Virus record (IMG/VR): IMGVR_UViG_3300035698_010358
Location: 8,159-72,158 of that record
Direction: 5' to 3' (one strand)
Origin: a virus
Length of the DNA stretch: 64,000 nucleotides
Below the pieces are notes generated by a model. It saw only the letters and a list, made by a program, of their open reading frames with translations, was not told the DNA's origin and ran no database searches. Position numbers and translations under genes: made by a program. This document shows positions 1 through 9,872 of this stretch, one piece after another (position 1 is the stretch's first letter; every line of letters begins with the position of its first letter).

Positions 1-195
1 CGTTTGGTTCCTGTGGGAACGGTCTACATTTGCTGTGAGCCTGAGCACTTCGGTCGAATTCCGGTTCGTACTGAGCTGACAGTCCTCTCCGCCGATGACC
101 CCAAAGCCCGTACAATCGGTTTCTCCGTCTTCGAGAACATTGGTATTGGAGCCTTCAACCCTCGTGGTTTGGCTCGTCTGACTATCACCCGATAA
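1..195 (+). CDS. Major capsid protein, C-terminal end (HK97-like fold; partial, starts before the window)
   Basis: Frame open from base 1; ends VPVGTVY...GFSVFENIGIGAFNPRGLARLTITR, like HK97-fold capsid C-termini; followed by a strong terminator and structural genes. Confidence 0.7.
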   Translation, partial: RLVPVGTVYICCEPEHFGRIPVRTELTVLSADDPKARTIGFSVFENIGIGAFNPRGLARLTITR

Positions 196-219
196 CTTTG
201 GGCTGAACTGAAGACACCT

Positions 220-250
220 ACCCGACCCCTTACAGGGGGTCGGGTTTTTT
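220..250 (+). terminator. Rho-independent terminator after capsid gene
   Basis: ACCCGACCCCT-taca-GGGGGTCGGGT hairpin followed by T run. Confidence 0.85.
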
Positions 251-309
251 CGTTAAGATCTTTATAGACAACCTTTTGTAGGTAATTACTTTTAATTGGA
301 GGGACTCAG

Positions 310-654
310 ATGAATTATAAAGAAATGCAAAAGAAGGCTAATGAGAACCCTGAGCTTCGGGCTAAGTTGGTCCCTCTGTTGAAAAAAACAGCTCAAAGCA
401 AGAATTTTCAACATGCTCAGAAAATCCTAAAGCTCATAAAAGAACTGACGAGTGTAGGTCAGGAATTTTCTAATTCCTGGGGTGCTATTGAGAATTCCTG
501 GGGTGATTTTGACCATCACGATGAAGATTATAAAGAATTTTTAGATGCTGTTTCTAAAGGGTATCCTGCATCAGCGGCTAAGTTTTCCGGAGGTTCTTCT
601 CAATTAAAAAAATGGGGACAGAGAGCCGAAGCAGCTTTACGGAAAATTAAATAA
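310..654 (+). CDS. Hypothetical protein with ANENPELR..LVPLLKKTA leader motif
   Basis: GGAGG RBS; N-terminal motif shared with ORFs at 14522, 16151 and 16608. Confidence 0.8.
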   Translation: MNYKEMQKKANENPELRAKLVPLLKKTAQSKNFQHAQKILKLIKELTSVGQEFSNSWGAIENSWGDFDHHDEDYKEFLDAVSKGYPASAAKFSGGSSQLKKWGQRAEAALRKIK

Positions 655-717
655 AACCTGCCTGGTAATTATTGGGTATAGTCCAAACTGTTCAATCAAC
701 GTCAGGACAGTTTCATA

Positions 718-951
718 ATGGACGTACTGGTTATCAAAAATATTGAAGATGTTGCTATTTCCCCTAAAGCTAATGCCTTCCGAGTGTTGGATGATGGCAA
801 TGGGGTGAGCTGTTTCTTAGATTTTCTAGTATATAAACCAGAAAAAAACAAGGCTTGTGTCCTATCCAGAATCCAGATAAACCGTGGGTTCCTCTCAGTA
901 ATTCGAGATAGATTGGATATATCCCTGAAAGAAATAACTGAGGAGAGTTAA
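718..951 (+). CDS. Small hypothetical protein, paralog of 10160..10528
   Basis: ANAFRV..CFLDF..SRIQI..IRDRL matches ADAFRI..CLLDF..ARIRV..IRDRL. Confidence 0.75.
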   Translation: MDVLVIKNIEDVAISPKANAFRVLDDGNGVSCFLDFLVYKPEKNKACVLSRIQINRGFLSVIRDRLDISLKEITEES

Positions 952-1054
952 TTTCCCACAGTCTTTTCGGGTTTCATCGGTAAGGTGTGAGAGTTGAGAG
1001 ATTACATGCTATTTCAAGGTCCACACTTATTAAGGATCGTTAACGGAGGGAAAA

Positions 1055-2158
1055 ATGGCCCAGATAGTTCACAAACGTGGAGTTTTCCGGAAATTCAGAG
1101 CACTGAGCAGTATTCACATGGGGGCCTACGAAATGGACCTCCCGGCAAACTCAGAGGTTGAATTCGATGGCGTGGTGCTGATGTGGGGGGATGAGAAATA
1201 TAATCTCCCTTTATTTGCTGGGGCTATCAATGCTAAATGGGCTGTCCCTATTGAGGATAACATCAGTCGTTATATCCCTCAGCCTGCCGGTGTTGAAGTT
1301 CGACCTGCTACATCGGACGGTCCTGAACGGGGTGCCCCGATGGTAATTGGGAAATCTCCTGATGAGGAAGATGTTCTGGTCGGCACAGTCGATGGCAACA
1401 ATGCTCGTCGAGAATCCATTAATCATCCTCCAGTTCCTGCTGCTTCTCAGGACTCAATGGATAGAGCTGCTTCTCTGGCCACAGCACTTCGTCAACAGGC
1501 GGCTGCTGCTGAAGCTGCTGTAAAAGTAGAAACAGGTGATGAAACTCCTGTCACGGATGTTGGTTTCGTTGATGAAGTTAATGCTGAGACAGTCTATGCA
1601 GATCCTCCAAGTGTTCAACATTCGGATGACGATGATCCGGCACCTGTCGTGATTCAATCCAAGACGTTTGATGACACCCCGAAGGTTACCCATAATGGGA
1701 TGGAGATTATCTCCGAAGACCAGCAAGCTGTTCCTGTTGCCACCATCGGTGATAGGAGTTCGGCTGCCGTCGGTTCTAATGCTTTGTCAAAGAATCGTAC
1801 TGTCCTGTCGGATGCTTCTCAGGCAGCAACGGCTGTTAGAATGGCAGAGGCCACAAAGCCTATCAGAACCATCAAGAAACCTGCTCCCATAGCTCAACCT
1901 ACTCCCATAGCTCAACCTGCTCCCGTAGCTCAACCAGCTCCCGTAGCTCAACCAGCTCCCGTAGCAAAAACGGCTGCTGATGCCCCGGCTAAGAAAATCA
2001 AATGGAGCCGTAGTGGGATGAAACCCACAGAACGAGCCGTGGCTGCTGTAAGCAAGTACGGTTCTGATGAGAAAGCTCTGAAACAGATTATGAAACAAGA
2101 AACTGATCAGGTACGTCGACTGATCCGTAGAGAGCGGAAGACCCAACAACGGGGTTAA
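1055..2158 (+). CDS. Hypothetical protein with low-complexity Pro/Ala linker
   Basis: 367-aa ORF, GGAGG RBS. Confidence 0.8.
   Translation: MAQIVHKRGVFRKFRALSSIHMGAYEMDLPANSEVEFDGVVLMWGDEKYNLPLFAGAINAKWAVPIEDNISRYIPQPAGVEVRPATSDGPERGAPMVIGKSPDEEDVLVGTVDGNNARRESINHPPVPAASQDSMDRAASLATALRQQAAAAEAAVKVETGDETPVTDVGFVDEVNAETVYADPPSVQHSDDDDPAPVVIQSKTFDDTPKVTHNGMEIISEDQQAVPVATIGDRSSAAVGSNALSKNRTVLSDASQAATAVRMAEATKPIRTIKKPAPIAQPTPIAQPAPVAQPAPVAQPAPVAKTAADAPAKKIKWSRSGMKPTERAVAAVSKYGSDEKALKQIMKQETDQVRRLIRRERKTQQRG
1880..1969 (+). repeat. Five 18-bp tandem coding repeats (PAPIAQ/PAPVAQ)
   Basis: Units of CCWGCTCCCRTAGCTCAA with minor variation. Confidence 0.9.
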
Positions 2159-2237
2159 AACCTTTTTATGTGTCGGTTATCTTTCAATGATAAACCTCTG
2201 TTGGGAACATAATGTTTCCTAATGGAGGTTTTTCATT

Positions 2238-2912
2238 GTGAGACAAAGTAAAAAAGCCAGTAGTCAAGCAGCATGGGCACTCCTAATGGGAGGTGTTGCA
2301 CACGCCCGAGTAGATGCCCATCGTCTGAAACACCTGATAAATCGAGCATTTCGTTTGGTGGAGGCTTCTGATGAAAAAGAACATATTTACCAAGTGGCCG
2401 GGGATATCATCGTAGGTATTCCTAAAAGGCTCGAACATTTAGAGATTGATTTGGACAGGACTGGTCTGGCATTATCTAAAATGGGTGCTGATTTTCTTTC
2501 TGCCCGATTACCTTTATCAGACAAAGTAATGGTGGATGAAGCTGTAGAAGCAGCTTTTGGACGACCTACTCCAAAGGACTCAGACGTAGCAAGATTGGCC
2601 AAGAGGTTCATGTTAGCTGTCATTAAAGAAAAATGGCCAAAGGCTCCCGGAGCAATTAAGGATGTTTTGGCCAAGTTAGATGAGTCTGGGGCCAAGTATA
2701 AGAAAATCTCTGATTGGTATCGGTGGGAATTTTCAGGTGATTACAGTTACATTGCCTATCACCCCAAACGAGCCAAGCTCCTGAATATAAGTGGGGGTCA
2801 AGGGTCGAAGGCTTATACCTGGTTTGCCCGTAATAATTCCCACAGATTCTCTGTGCAACCTATGGATGGTGGCACGGATGGCCCCTCCAATTGGCAGTGT
2901 AAACTGAAATGA
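2238..2912 (+). CDS. Hypothetical protein
   Basis: GTG start with GGAGG RBS; overlaps next gene (ATGA). Confidence 0.75.
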   Translation: MRQSKKASSQAAWALLMGGVAHARVDAHRLKHLINRAFRLVEASDEKEHIYQVAGDIIVGIPKRLEHLEIDLDRTGLALSKMGADFLSARLPLSDKVMVDEAVEAAFGRPTPKDSDVARLAKRFMLAVIKEKWPKAPGAIKDVLAKLDESGAKYKKISDWYRWEFSGDYSYIAYHPKRAKLLNISGGQGSKAYTWFARNNSHRFSVQPMDGGTDGPSNWQCKLK

Positions 2913-4477
2913 GACGAAAAAGCTACAGCAGACCCACACAGGAATTACCCGGAGCTCAGACGTTTGTTCGTCCTGATACGGGTGATAAAAATAAGGATGT
3001 CAAACAGATTCTTCCTTCCCCTCCGTGGTCTCGTAGTAAACCAGCCCCACCTCTCGGATTTGGTAAGCCTGCTCCAGGGAATCAGAACTATAAGATTCCA
3101 AATAAACCTGGTGAAGATTCCCCTATTCCAAACCCTGCTCCAAGTACTACGGTTCATCGCCGCCCTGAAGTGAATTCAGCAGTGACTCGCCCCGGCCCAC
3201 CTTCGGCTCTTAAACGGCAAAAAGATCAACGGGGCCAAGCCAAGATGTACCACAGAAAGTATTACAGGGGAAACAAAGGGAAAATTAAGCATCGGATGAA
3301 AATCTGGTATAATAAATGGAAGAACAAGTTTAATTATAAAAAAGACCAAGAGAAACGTCGAAAAAACCCTCAACGGTTTGAAAGAAAACCTGGTGGGGGG
3401 ATTCAAGAGAATAAGAATAGGGCTGAACGTGATAGAAATAAGAATGCTGCGATGATGAATCTTCCAGCAGCTCGTTTAGTCAGTCTCGTAACTGGTCAGT
3501 ATGGAATGATGTTAGGGGCCGACCCTGACACAGGTTACATCCTGTTGTATCTGGATAATCATGAAACAGTCGAAGTTCCTTTGGAAGTTTTCCTAGATGA
3601 TTTTGTTATGTTATCAGAAGAAGATATTGAAACAGCTATGGAAAATCTTGATGCTGCTTTTGATATGGATGAAGAATCTGAGGCCGTTGATCGGATAGCT
3701 GCTCGGTATGCTGATTTTTTATATGAGAAACGTCCTCCTCAGATGGATCCTGACACAACATATGATCGGGGTTCCGAACGGCAGAAGGATGATCCTCCCC
3801 CACCTGCACCGGGTCGAACACCTAATACTTATGTGTGGGACAATCCAGGGTCAGCCAAGGTTATCCCTGACAACCGTGATTTTATTAATAATAAGGCTGC
3901 TATCAAAGTAGCGGCCAAGATTGCTGACATTCAGGATGCTTGCAGTTCTGAGTTACGTTCGAAAGCTGGGGGTGTGGAGATTCGTTTGGCTCGGGTAGAT
4001 AATAAGAATGCAATGTGGTCATTCGATGCTACCGGGTCTGGTGGGAAGAAATATCGGATAAAGATTAAAGCTATTCCTAAAAAGGGAAATATTCGGGATA
4101 TGAAGAAGGCTGACATCCTTGTTTCATGTTCCTGTCCGTATTGGCAATGGCAGGGTCCTGAGTATTATGCTAGGCAAGAAGGGTATCTCCTGGGTAAACC
4201 CCGAGGGACAGCTTCTAAACCTGACGTAAAAGACCCTCACAGCCACCACAAGGCGTGTAAGCATATTTTGGCATGTCTTGATAGGGTGGCAGGTTACACA
4301 GTGCCTGTGAAGCTGGGGAGAGCCAAGAAGACTGCTTCTGCACTTCAGTATCTGGCTGATATTGTTTCTCAGGGAAAGATTATTGTTGTTTCTCGTGATC
4401 AAATGGAGTTAGAGTTGTTCGTTCGTCGGTATGGTTTGAAGAAGGCTTTTACAGGAGGAAACCATGCCAATTTATGA
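2909..4477 (+). CDS. Multidomain protein with C-terminal SWIM zinc finger
   Basis: VSCSCPYW...ACKHILA = CxC...CxH SWIM signature; basic Lys/Arg-rich N-terminal segment. Confidence 0.75.
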   Translation: MRRKSYSRPTQELPGAQTFVRPDTGDKNKDVKQILPSPPWSRSKPAPPLGFGKPAPGNQNYKIPNKPGEDSPIPNPAPSTTVHRRPEVNSAVTRPGPPSALKRQKDQRGQAKMYHRKYYRGNKGKIKHRMKIWYNKWKNKFNYKKDQEKRRKNPQRFERKPGGGIQENKNRAERDRNKNAAMMNLPAARLVSLVTGQYGMMLGADPDTGYILLYLDNHETVEVPLEVFLDDFVMLSEEDIETAMENLDAAFDMDEESEAVDRIAARYADFLYEKRPPQMDPDTTYDRGSERQKDDPPPPAPGRTPNTYVWDNPGSAKVIPDNRDFINNKAAIKVAAKIADIQDACSSELRSKAGGVEIRLARVDNKNAMWSFDATGSGGKKYRIKIKAIPKKGNIRDMKKADILVSCSCPYWQWQGPEYYARQEGYLLGKPRGTASKPDVKDPHSHHKACKHILACLDRVAGYTVPVKLGRAKKTASALQYLADIVSQGKIIVVSRDQMELELFVRRYGLKKAFTGGNHANL

Positions 4478-4853
4478 ATTTAGATGTTGTGATGAGAAAT
4501 GTTTGGAAGAGTTCGAGATGATTTTAACCTTTGACGAGTATAGAAACCCCCAAGTTTGCCCTGTTTGCGGAAAGTCTTCCAAAAAGCTGGTGTCCTTGGG
4601 TGATTTTATCCTGAAGGGGGATGGATGGTACGGAAAAGCCCAGAGAATTAAAGGGCAGATGAAAAAGAAGAACGAACGTATTCTGGAACGTCAGAAAGAT
4701 AGATATCACGGGACTGGTCCATGCTTACAACCGAATGTAGGTGGGGAACATGTTGATTCATGGAAAGATGCTCAAAAACTTGCTGCCGATAAGGGGAAGG
4801 TTTCTGAGACCTATCAGCCTATGGTAGAAAAAGAAAAAAGAGGTGCCGTATGA
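4464..4853 (+). CDS. FmdB-family zinc-ribbon protein
   Basis: MPIYEFRC...CPVCGK...FILKGDGWY pattern. Confidence 0.8.
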   Translation: MPIYEFRCCDEKCLEEFEMILTFDEYRNPQVCPVCGKSSKKLVSLGDFILKGDGWYGKAQRIKGQMKKKNERILERQKDRYHGTGPCLQPNVGGEHVDSWKDAQKLAADKGKVSETYQPMVEKEKRGAV

Positions 4854-5710
4854 GCAATTATGGACCATTTGATGCCCGTATCGGCATCTTGGAGCGTACA
4901 CCACATTTCGTTGATTTAATTACTCGGAACAAACCGGGTGTGACTCAATACCGTCTTTGGGGTGCTCGTAACATCAATGATGTTTACGGGGATTTAACTG
5001 ATAGTGGTGTTGGTGGTACTGGCCCAACATTGATGATGACAGCCAATTTTGCAGGGCAGCGTGTTCAGAGTCCTGAGCTTGTCCGTCGTAGGGCTGGGAT
5101 GGTTGAGGAAAGCCGTAAAGGCCAGACTTCTTTCCAGTTTGACATCGTTGATTTCCTGGCTCCGGGGGTCCCTCAACCATTTGGTTCGGATGAGGAACCT
5201 GTATTTGTCCGTTTGCAGGAGTTCAGGCAGGCAACAGGATTATGGCAATCTGTTCCAATAGGAGCACCTATCAATCCAGGTGTGCCAATCCTCGGACCCG
5301 CTCTGGTAGTTCCCGGATCAAGACAAAACAAAGCAATTTCTACTGAAGTTATGGGTATTGCCCCAGCAGCCACGGGTTGCATGGAGATGTATCCCCCGAA
5401 CTTTGATGAGACACTTCAGCAACCCATCCCGATGCATTTTGTGTTCCCTCGGCCTGTGGACAATATTATTATTCGTAATGATGCTGAAGACGAAGATACA
5501 TGGCTTTTGGTGTCCTACGGCATTGGCCAGCATATGTTTGCTATTCCGGGTGGTAGGGGCAACCAAAGTACCGTGGCTTATGATTCGGCTCAAGGTAGCA
5601 TTCATGAAATGATTGTGGCTTGTGATACCCCGGTTCCACCAAGTTCTATTGGTGCTGACCCAGGGTGTCCATTTACGGTAGTCGTTGTTTCACCCAGTTG
5701 GAGGATGTAA
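4850..5710 (+). CDS. Hypothetical protein, possibly virion-associated
   Basis: 286-aa ORF coupled by ATGA overlap; structural-gene context. Confidence 0.7.
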   Translation: MSNYGPFDARIGILERTPHFVDLITRNKPGVTQYRLWGARNINDVYGDLTDSGVGGTGPTLMMTANFAGQRVQSPELVRRRAGMVEESRKGQTSFQFDIVDFLAPGVPQPFGSDEEPVFVRLQEFRQATGLWQSVPIGAPINPGVPILGPALVVPGSRQNKAISTEVMGIAPAATGCMEMYPPNFDETLQQPIPMHFVFPRPVDNIIIRNDAEDEDTWLLVSYGIGQHMFAIPGGRGNQSTVAYDSAQGSIHEMIVACDTPVPPSSIGADPGCPFTVVVVSPSWRM

Positions 5711-5713
5711 ACA

Positions 5714-6043
5714 GTGGCAAAAAAAGAGAACCGCTGGCCTCCTATGATTAGCCCTCCTGGTTGGTTGATTGAGTCGGAGATGAACGGGCAGGGGTTAATG
5801 ATTAAGGATTTGGTTACTCATACCGGTGTGTCACATGATGAAATACAGAGGATATTTTCAGGTGTCACAGAAATCACTCCAGAATTTGCTGAAAGTGTTG
5901 AAGGCATGTTAAGTATTGGTAAGTCTTTACTTTTAAGACTGGTGGATGATTATAAAGGTTATTTGGGGTTCCGTGAGTGGGAAACTAACCAAGAGTCAAT
6001 AAGACTATTACCCTGTTTGAAAATGTTTATGAACCTCATATAA
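5714..6043 (+). CDS. HigA-like HTH (XRE) protein
   Basis: SPPGWLI...GLMIKDL...ITPEFA resembles the HigA antitoxin HPGE..L / ITPEMA pattern. Confidence 0.6.
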   Translation: MAKKENRWPPMISPPGWLIESEMNGQGLMIKDLVTHTGVSHDEIQRIFSGVTEITPEFAESVEGMLSIGKSLLLRLVDDYKGYLGFREWETNQESIRLLPCLKMFMNLI

Positions 6044-6171
6044 TGCTGGCTTTCATCCTTTCATAACCAAACTATTGAAGCAACTCCTAGTTTAATAAAC
6101 CCCTACAGTTAAGTGAGCAGGAATTTGTCCTGCTTGTTCGGATTAATTTCTTTCGAGACGGAGGTTAAAAC

Positions 6172-7353
6172 ATGCCTTATATCTGTCTAACAAGAAGTGA
6201 CATCCCGGACGGAACATTGCAGATTTTAGATTTGATACCTAACGCATCCCAACGGCACCCAGGTTATGACCCCCCTGCCCAGACGCGTTATATAAATCGA
6301 GTCCAAAATGAAGCTATTGCTCTTGTCAACGGGGTGTCCTACGGGGTAAAAAATGGGCTGGCTGCCTATATCCTGGACAGAGTCGAGCCGGGCGGACTAC
6401 AAGTTGGGTCGGCTGAAGTGGATTTGGATGCTCCTGGAGCAGTCCTAGCTACTGACACTATCACCATTGGTGGAGTTGTTTTCACAGCTACGGATGGGTT
6501 GTATGACCCTGCATTACAGGAATTCTATTCTGATGTGGGTGGTGGTTCTGACGAAACAGTCATGGCCAATTCACTTATTGATGCTGTAAACGACCCTGCA
6601 ACTCAGGCATTGCTCCTGGCAGCGGGTTCTACTGTTACAGCATCTGCTGGTGCTTCATTAGGTGCTGGACAAGTCACTCTGACAGCCGATACGGCTGGTG
6701 CAACTGGAGGATTAACTCTGGCTGAAAGCACTGCCGGGTTACGGATTGACATTTCAAATGATCATCTGGCTCGAACTTTTGAGGCTTTTACAGCCCGACA
6801 GCTTGCCAACATTACCGAACGAATCATTATTCGTTTGGATGCAGCTTCTGCTCTGACGGCTACTGATGTCAATACTGCAATCAATGCTGAGGGTGGTGTT
6901 TCTGGTTGTTCGATTGCCAGTGTTGGAACTCTGGGTTCTCTGGTGGAAATGCTTTCAATCCTGGCTGGCCGTGGATACAGACTTCCTGACTTGGCTTCCG
7001 TCTACACAGGGGCAACTTATGACATCTGGCATAGTGCAGCAGCCGGAGGTTTTGACATCTCCCGTTTGGTGAATGACACCAATATGGTAGCTGGTGAGCT
7101 TACCCCAACAAACATTGGTGGTGACAGTGCTCAGGTTCCGGTGAAAGGTATCACAAATACTTTCCACAGTTCAGCTTTAGACATTTCCCTTCTGGAAGGT
7201 GATCTGTCAAAGATGGGCTCAGGACTCACACTCTGGCCGGATAGTGACCCTATCCCCCATTTCCCGTGGACGTACCAGAAGGGTACTTCTTATGCTCAAA
7301 CAACCGCCCGTGTCGTCACAGTCTATGATGATGACGGCACAGTTCTCGTCTAA
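6172..7353 (+). CDS. Putative virion protein, paralog 1 of 3
   Basis: Ala/Gly/Thr-rich; shares N-terminal R.D....LQ..D..PN.SQ, internal LAG..YR.P and C-terminal VYD..G..L with the next two genes. Confidence 0.75.
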   Translation: MPYICLTRSDIPDGTLQILDLIPNASQRHPGYDPPAQTRYINRVQNEAIALVNGVSYGVKNGLAAYILDRVEPGGLQVGSAEVDLDAPGAVLATDTITIGGVVFTATDGLYDPALQEFYSDVGGGSDETVMANSLIDAVNDPATQALLLAAGSTVTASAGASLGAGQVTLTADTAGATGGLTLAESTAGLRIDISNDHLARTFEAFTARQLANITERIIIRLDAASALTATDVNTAINAEGGVSGCSIASVGTLGSLVEMLSILAGRGYRLPDLASVYTGATYDIWHSAAAGGFDISRLVNDTNMVAGELTPTNIGGDSAQVPVKGITNTFHSSALDISLLEGDLSKMGSGLTLWPDSDPIPHFPWTYQKGTSYAQTTARVVTVYDDDGTVLV

Positions 7354-7367
7354 AGGAGGGATTTACT

Positions 7368-8174
7368 ATGGCTTATGCGTACATCGTATTGAACCGTAAC
7401 GACATTGCAGACAACCTTCTGCAAGTGTTTGACATCAAACCCAACACTAGCCAGCTCGGCATTTATGATGCTGCTTGGGCTAGCCAGGGTGGTCAAACTG
7501 GGTATTTAACGTGGCTGTCCCAACACGATGTTGTGGCTACCACAGCTGGAGCTGCTGCCATTGAAGTCACTGATGCTGCATACAAAGGGCTGAATGCTTA
7601 CCTGATTGATAACGTTGAAAACGTTCAGGATGGTAACTTGGCTCTGACCGACACTCTGGCTATTGCAGTTGGGGATCTTATCCGTGACCGTTTATCGGCA
7701 GGTGGAACTCTGACTCTGGCCATCCTCAACACCATTATCAACAATACCATCGGTGGGGCAGCCAGCTCTGACCTCGATGGTACAGCAGCAGCCTCCTACT
7801 CGACTGGGACGGTTGAGGAAGTCCTCCGTGTTCTGGCCGGTGAGGTTTACCGTGTCCCAGCAGGAGCTCAGGTTGGTAATGCTGCCAATGCTTTCCCTGG
7901 TCATGGTACAACCCACGTCAGGCTTGGTGGCTATGTGGCTACTACGGACAGTGAATTCCGTCACGTTCGTAAGTTTGCTAACACAGGTGCCCTGAACCTG
8001 TCGTGTTTGTCGGGCAACATGTCCAAGATTAAAGCGGCCACCTACTCCTTCGTGAACCCTCTGTTCACCTATGGGGCAGCAGGCACAGCTTTGACATTGG
8101 ATGGAACCCATATCCCAGCAACCGGAGTTGCAGCAGCTGTTGCAGTCTACGAAAATGACGGCGAACTGCTGTAA
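7368..8174 (+). CDS. Putative virion protein, paralog 2 of 3
   Basis: Same conserved blocks; AGGAGG RBS. Confidence 0.75.
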   Translation: MAYAYIVLNRNDIADNLLQVFDIKPNTSQLGIYDAAWASQGGQTGYLTWLSQHDVVATTAGAAAIEVTDAAYKGLNAYLIDNVENVQDGNLALTDTLAIAVGDLIRDRLSAGGTLTLAILNTIINNTIGGAASSDLDGTAAASYSTGTVEEVLRVLAGEVYRVPAGAQVGNAANAFPGHGTTHVRLGGYVATTDSEFRHVRKFANTGALNLSCLSGNMSKIKAATYSFVNPLFTYGAAGTALTLDGTHIPATGVAAAVAVYENDGELL

Positions 8175-8186
8175 GGAGGTAATTTC

Positions 8187-9134
8187 ATGGCACATAGAGC
8201 TTATGTTCTTGCCCAACGGAACGATGTGACTGGGATGAATATCCAAGTCCTCGATCTCAAGCCAAATTCGAGCCAGAAAAGTGGTTCTTATGATGGTGAC
8301 GGGCAAACTTTCTATTTGAATTCCATTGACACCGCTGGAACTACCCACATGATTGACAATGGGTATGAGTCCGGCAGTCGTCAGACGACTATGATTGCTT
8401 TTTACGAAGCAGTTGCCGATGACACCACCGGTGGTGGAAACGACGTTCTTGCTAACCAGAATGCCTGCCTTGGTTTGGCTGCTTACCTCCGTGAGCATGT
8501 ACAACCTGGTGGTGTTGCCTCGGCTACAGCCGGTCGTATGACCTTGGCTCATGCTAACGATCAGGCAAGTGCTATCTTGGCTTTGGTGGTTTCTGGTAGT
8601 GACTTGACTTTGGCTGGAATCAACGCAGTCCTGGTGAGTGTGGCAGACGGTGGTGTGGCCAACACGGACCTCGACGGTGCAGCAACCCTGTCGAAATCGT
8701 TCGGTAGTGTGAGCGACATCCTTCGTATCGTAGCTGGTGAGATTTATCGTTCTCCGATGAATTGCATCGTCTGTAACGTAGCCAATCAGTTCCAGTCCCT
8801 GGCAGAACGAGATGTTCTGGTACTTGCCCAAGTGAGTGCAACTACTGAGAAGACCTTCGTGTCTCAAGGTGGCTTCTTGAGTAATCTGGAAAACGGTTAC
8901 GAGAAAATCCCGACGTTGGCAATCACTGGTGATATGATGGCATCCATCGGCGGTGGCTACCTGTTCAAAATGGAAGCTGGGATGACCTTCAAAAACCCTG
9001 GCTTTGCTTATGCAGCAGCCGATGTCACTCCTTACAAACCCCGTGCCAATGACCTGAGTGGTACAAACATTCCGGCAACAGGGACTCTGGGAGCCGTGCG
9101 TGTTTACGATTATGAAGGAACCAACCTGCTGTAA
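8187..9134 (+). CDS. Putative virion protein, paralog 3 of 3
   Basis: Same conserved blocks; AGGAGG RBS; followed by terminator. Confidence 0.75.
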   Translation: MAHRAYVLAQRNDVTGMNIQVLDLKPNSSQKSGSYDGDGQTFYLNSIDTAGTTHMIDNGYESGSRQTTMIAFYEAVADDTTGGGNDVLANQNACLGLAAYLREHVQPGGVASATAGRMTLAHANDQASAILALVVSGSDLTLAGINAVLVSVADGGVANTDLDGAATLSKSFGSVSDILRIVAGEIYRSPMNCIVCNVANQFQSLAERDVLVLAQVSATTEKTFVSQGGFLSNLENGYEKIPTLAITGDMMASIGGGYLFKMEAGMTFKNPGFAYAAADVTPYKPRANDLSGTNIPATGTLGAVRVYDYEGTNLL

Positions 9135-9161
9135 AAAGCCAGTTCCTGCTCCAGATAGATG

Positions 9162-9190
9162 ACGGAGGCCATGATGGCCTCCGTTTTCTT
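9162..9190 (+). terminator. Rho-independent terminator
   Basis: ACGGAGGCCA-tga-TGGCCTCCGT followed by T-rich tract. Confidence 0.8.
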
Positions 9191-9264
9191 TTATATAACC
9201 CTGCTTAGTATAGGAACCCCGTTTTTTGTGGGTGGGGGAAATAAAACAGACAAGGAGAACAGAC

Positions 9265-9510
9265 ATGGAAACGACAAAAGAATTTAGAACTTCAGACCTC
9301 TATTTTGCAGCTTATCTGAAAGTGGCTGGTGTGGAATTCAAAGGAACGACCAAAGAAGGAAATCGAGTTTTCTTCATGTTCGAGTCTGGGGGAAGTATTC
9401 CTGACCTGAAAACACAGTATTTCAACCGGGTGGCTAAGGTCCCAGCCCTGACGTTCGTGGATGAAGTTCGTTCAATGAAGGGTCTGACTTACATGGAAAC
9501 AGGAAGCTAA
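9265..9510 (+). CDS. Small DUF5659-like protein
   Basis: FRTSDLYFAAYLKVAG motif; AAGGAG RBS supports start at 9265. Confidence 0.6.
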   Translation: METTKEFRTSDLYFAAYLKVAGVEFKGTTKEGNRVFFMFESGGSIPDLKTQYFNRVAKVPALTFVDEVRSMKGLTYMETGS

Positions 9511-9870
9511 ATGGCCACTGTCCTTGCTAATAGTCCATTCACATTTCAGGTTTTATTCCTGGATGTGGACAATACCCCAATTGTTGTGTTGAATCCAACG
9601 ATTACTATATTCAGTTATAGTGACCTTGGGGTAAAACAAGAGTTGGTTGCTGCCACCGTAATGGATCCAGTTACCCCCGTGGAAGTTGGCCGTTATATTT
9701 ACACGTATACCGTGCCCAGTGTTTTTGATGAAGGGGATATGATTTACGGTGAGATAATGGGAGAGCATCCTGTCAGTGGAGACCTTCTACGGTATAGTGA
9801 AGGTGTCTCAGTGGTGACGTTGCCGCCGGGGTCCCAAGGGTTGTCTTGGAATATCATCAAAGGTGGTTGA
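9511..9870 (+). CDS. Ig-like beta-sandwich protein (putative virion)
   Basis: Beta-strand pattern with GRYIYTYTVP, similar to GEYYASLMVP in 10530 ORF. Confidence 0.6.
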   Translation: MATVLANSPFTFQVLFLDVDNTPIVVLNPTITIFSYSDLGVKQELVAATVMDPVTPVEVGRYIYTYTVPSVFDEGDMIYGEIMGEHPVSGDLLRYSEGVSVVTLPPGSQGLSWNIIKGG

Positions 9871-9872
9871 AA

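Noticed and set aside
1880-1969. Possible CRISPR-like array
   Set aside because: Head-to-tail 18-bp in-frame repeats with no spacers; encodes a Pro/Ala linker
7692-9266. 524-aa minus-strand ORF
   Set aside because: Antisense shadow of two well-supported paralogous genes with biased codons; crosses a terminator; no recognisable motifs
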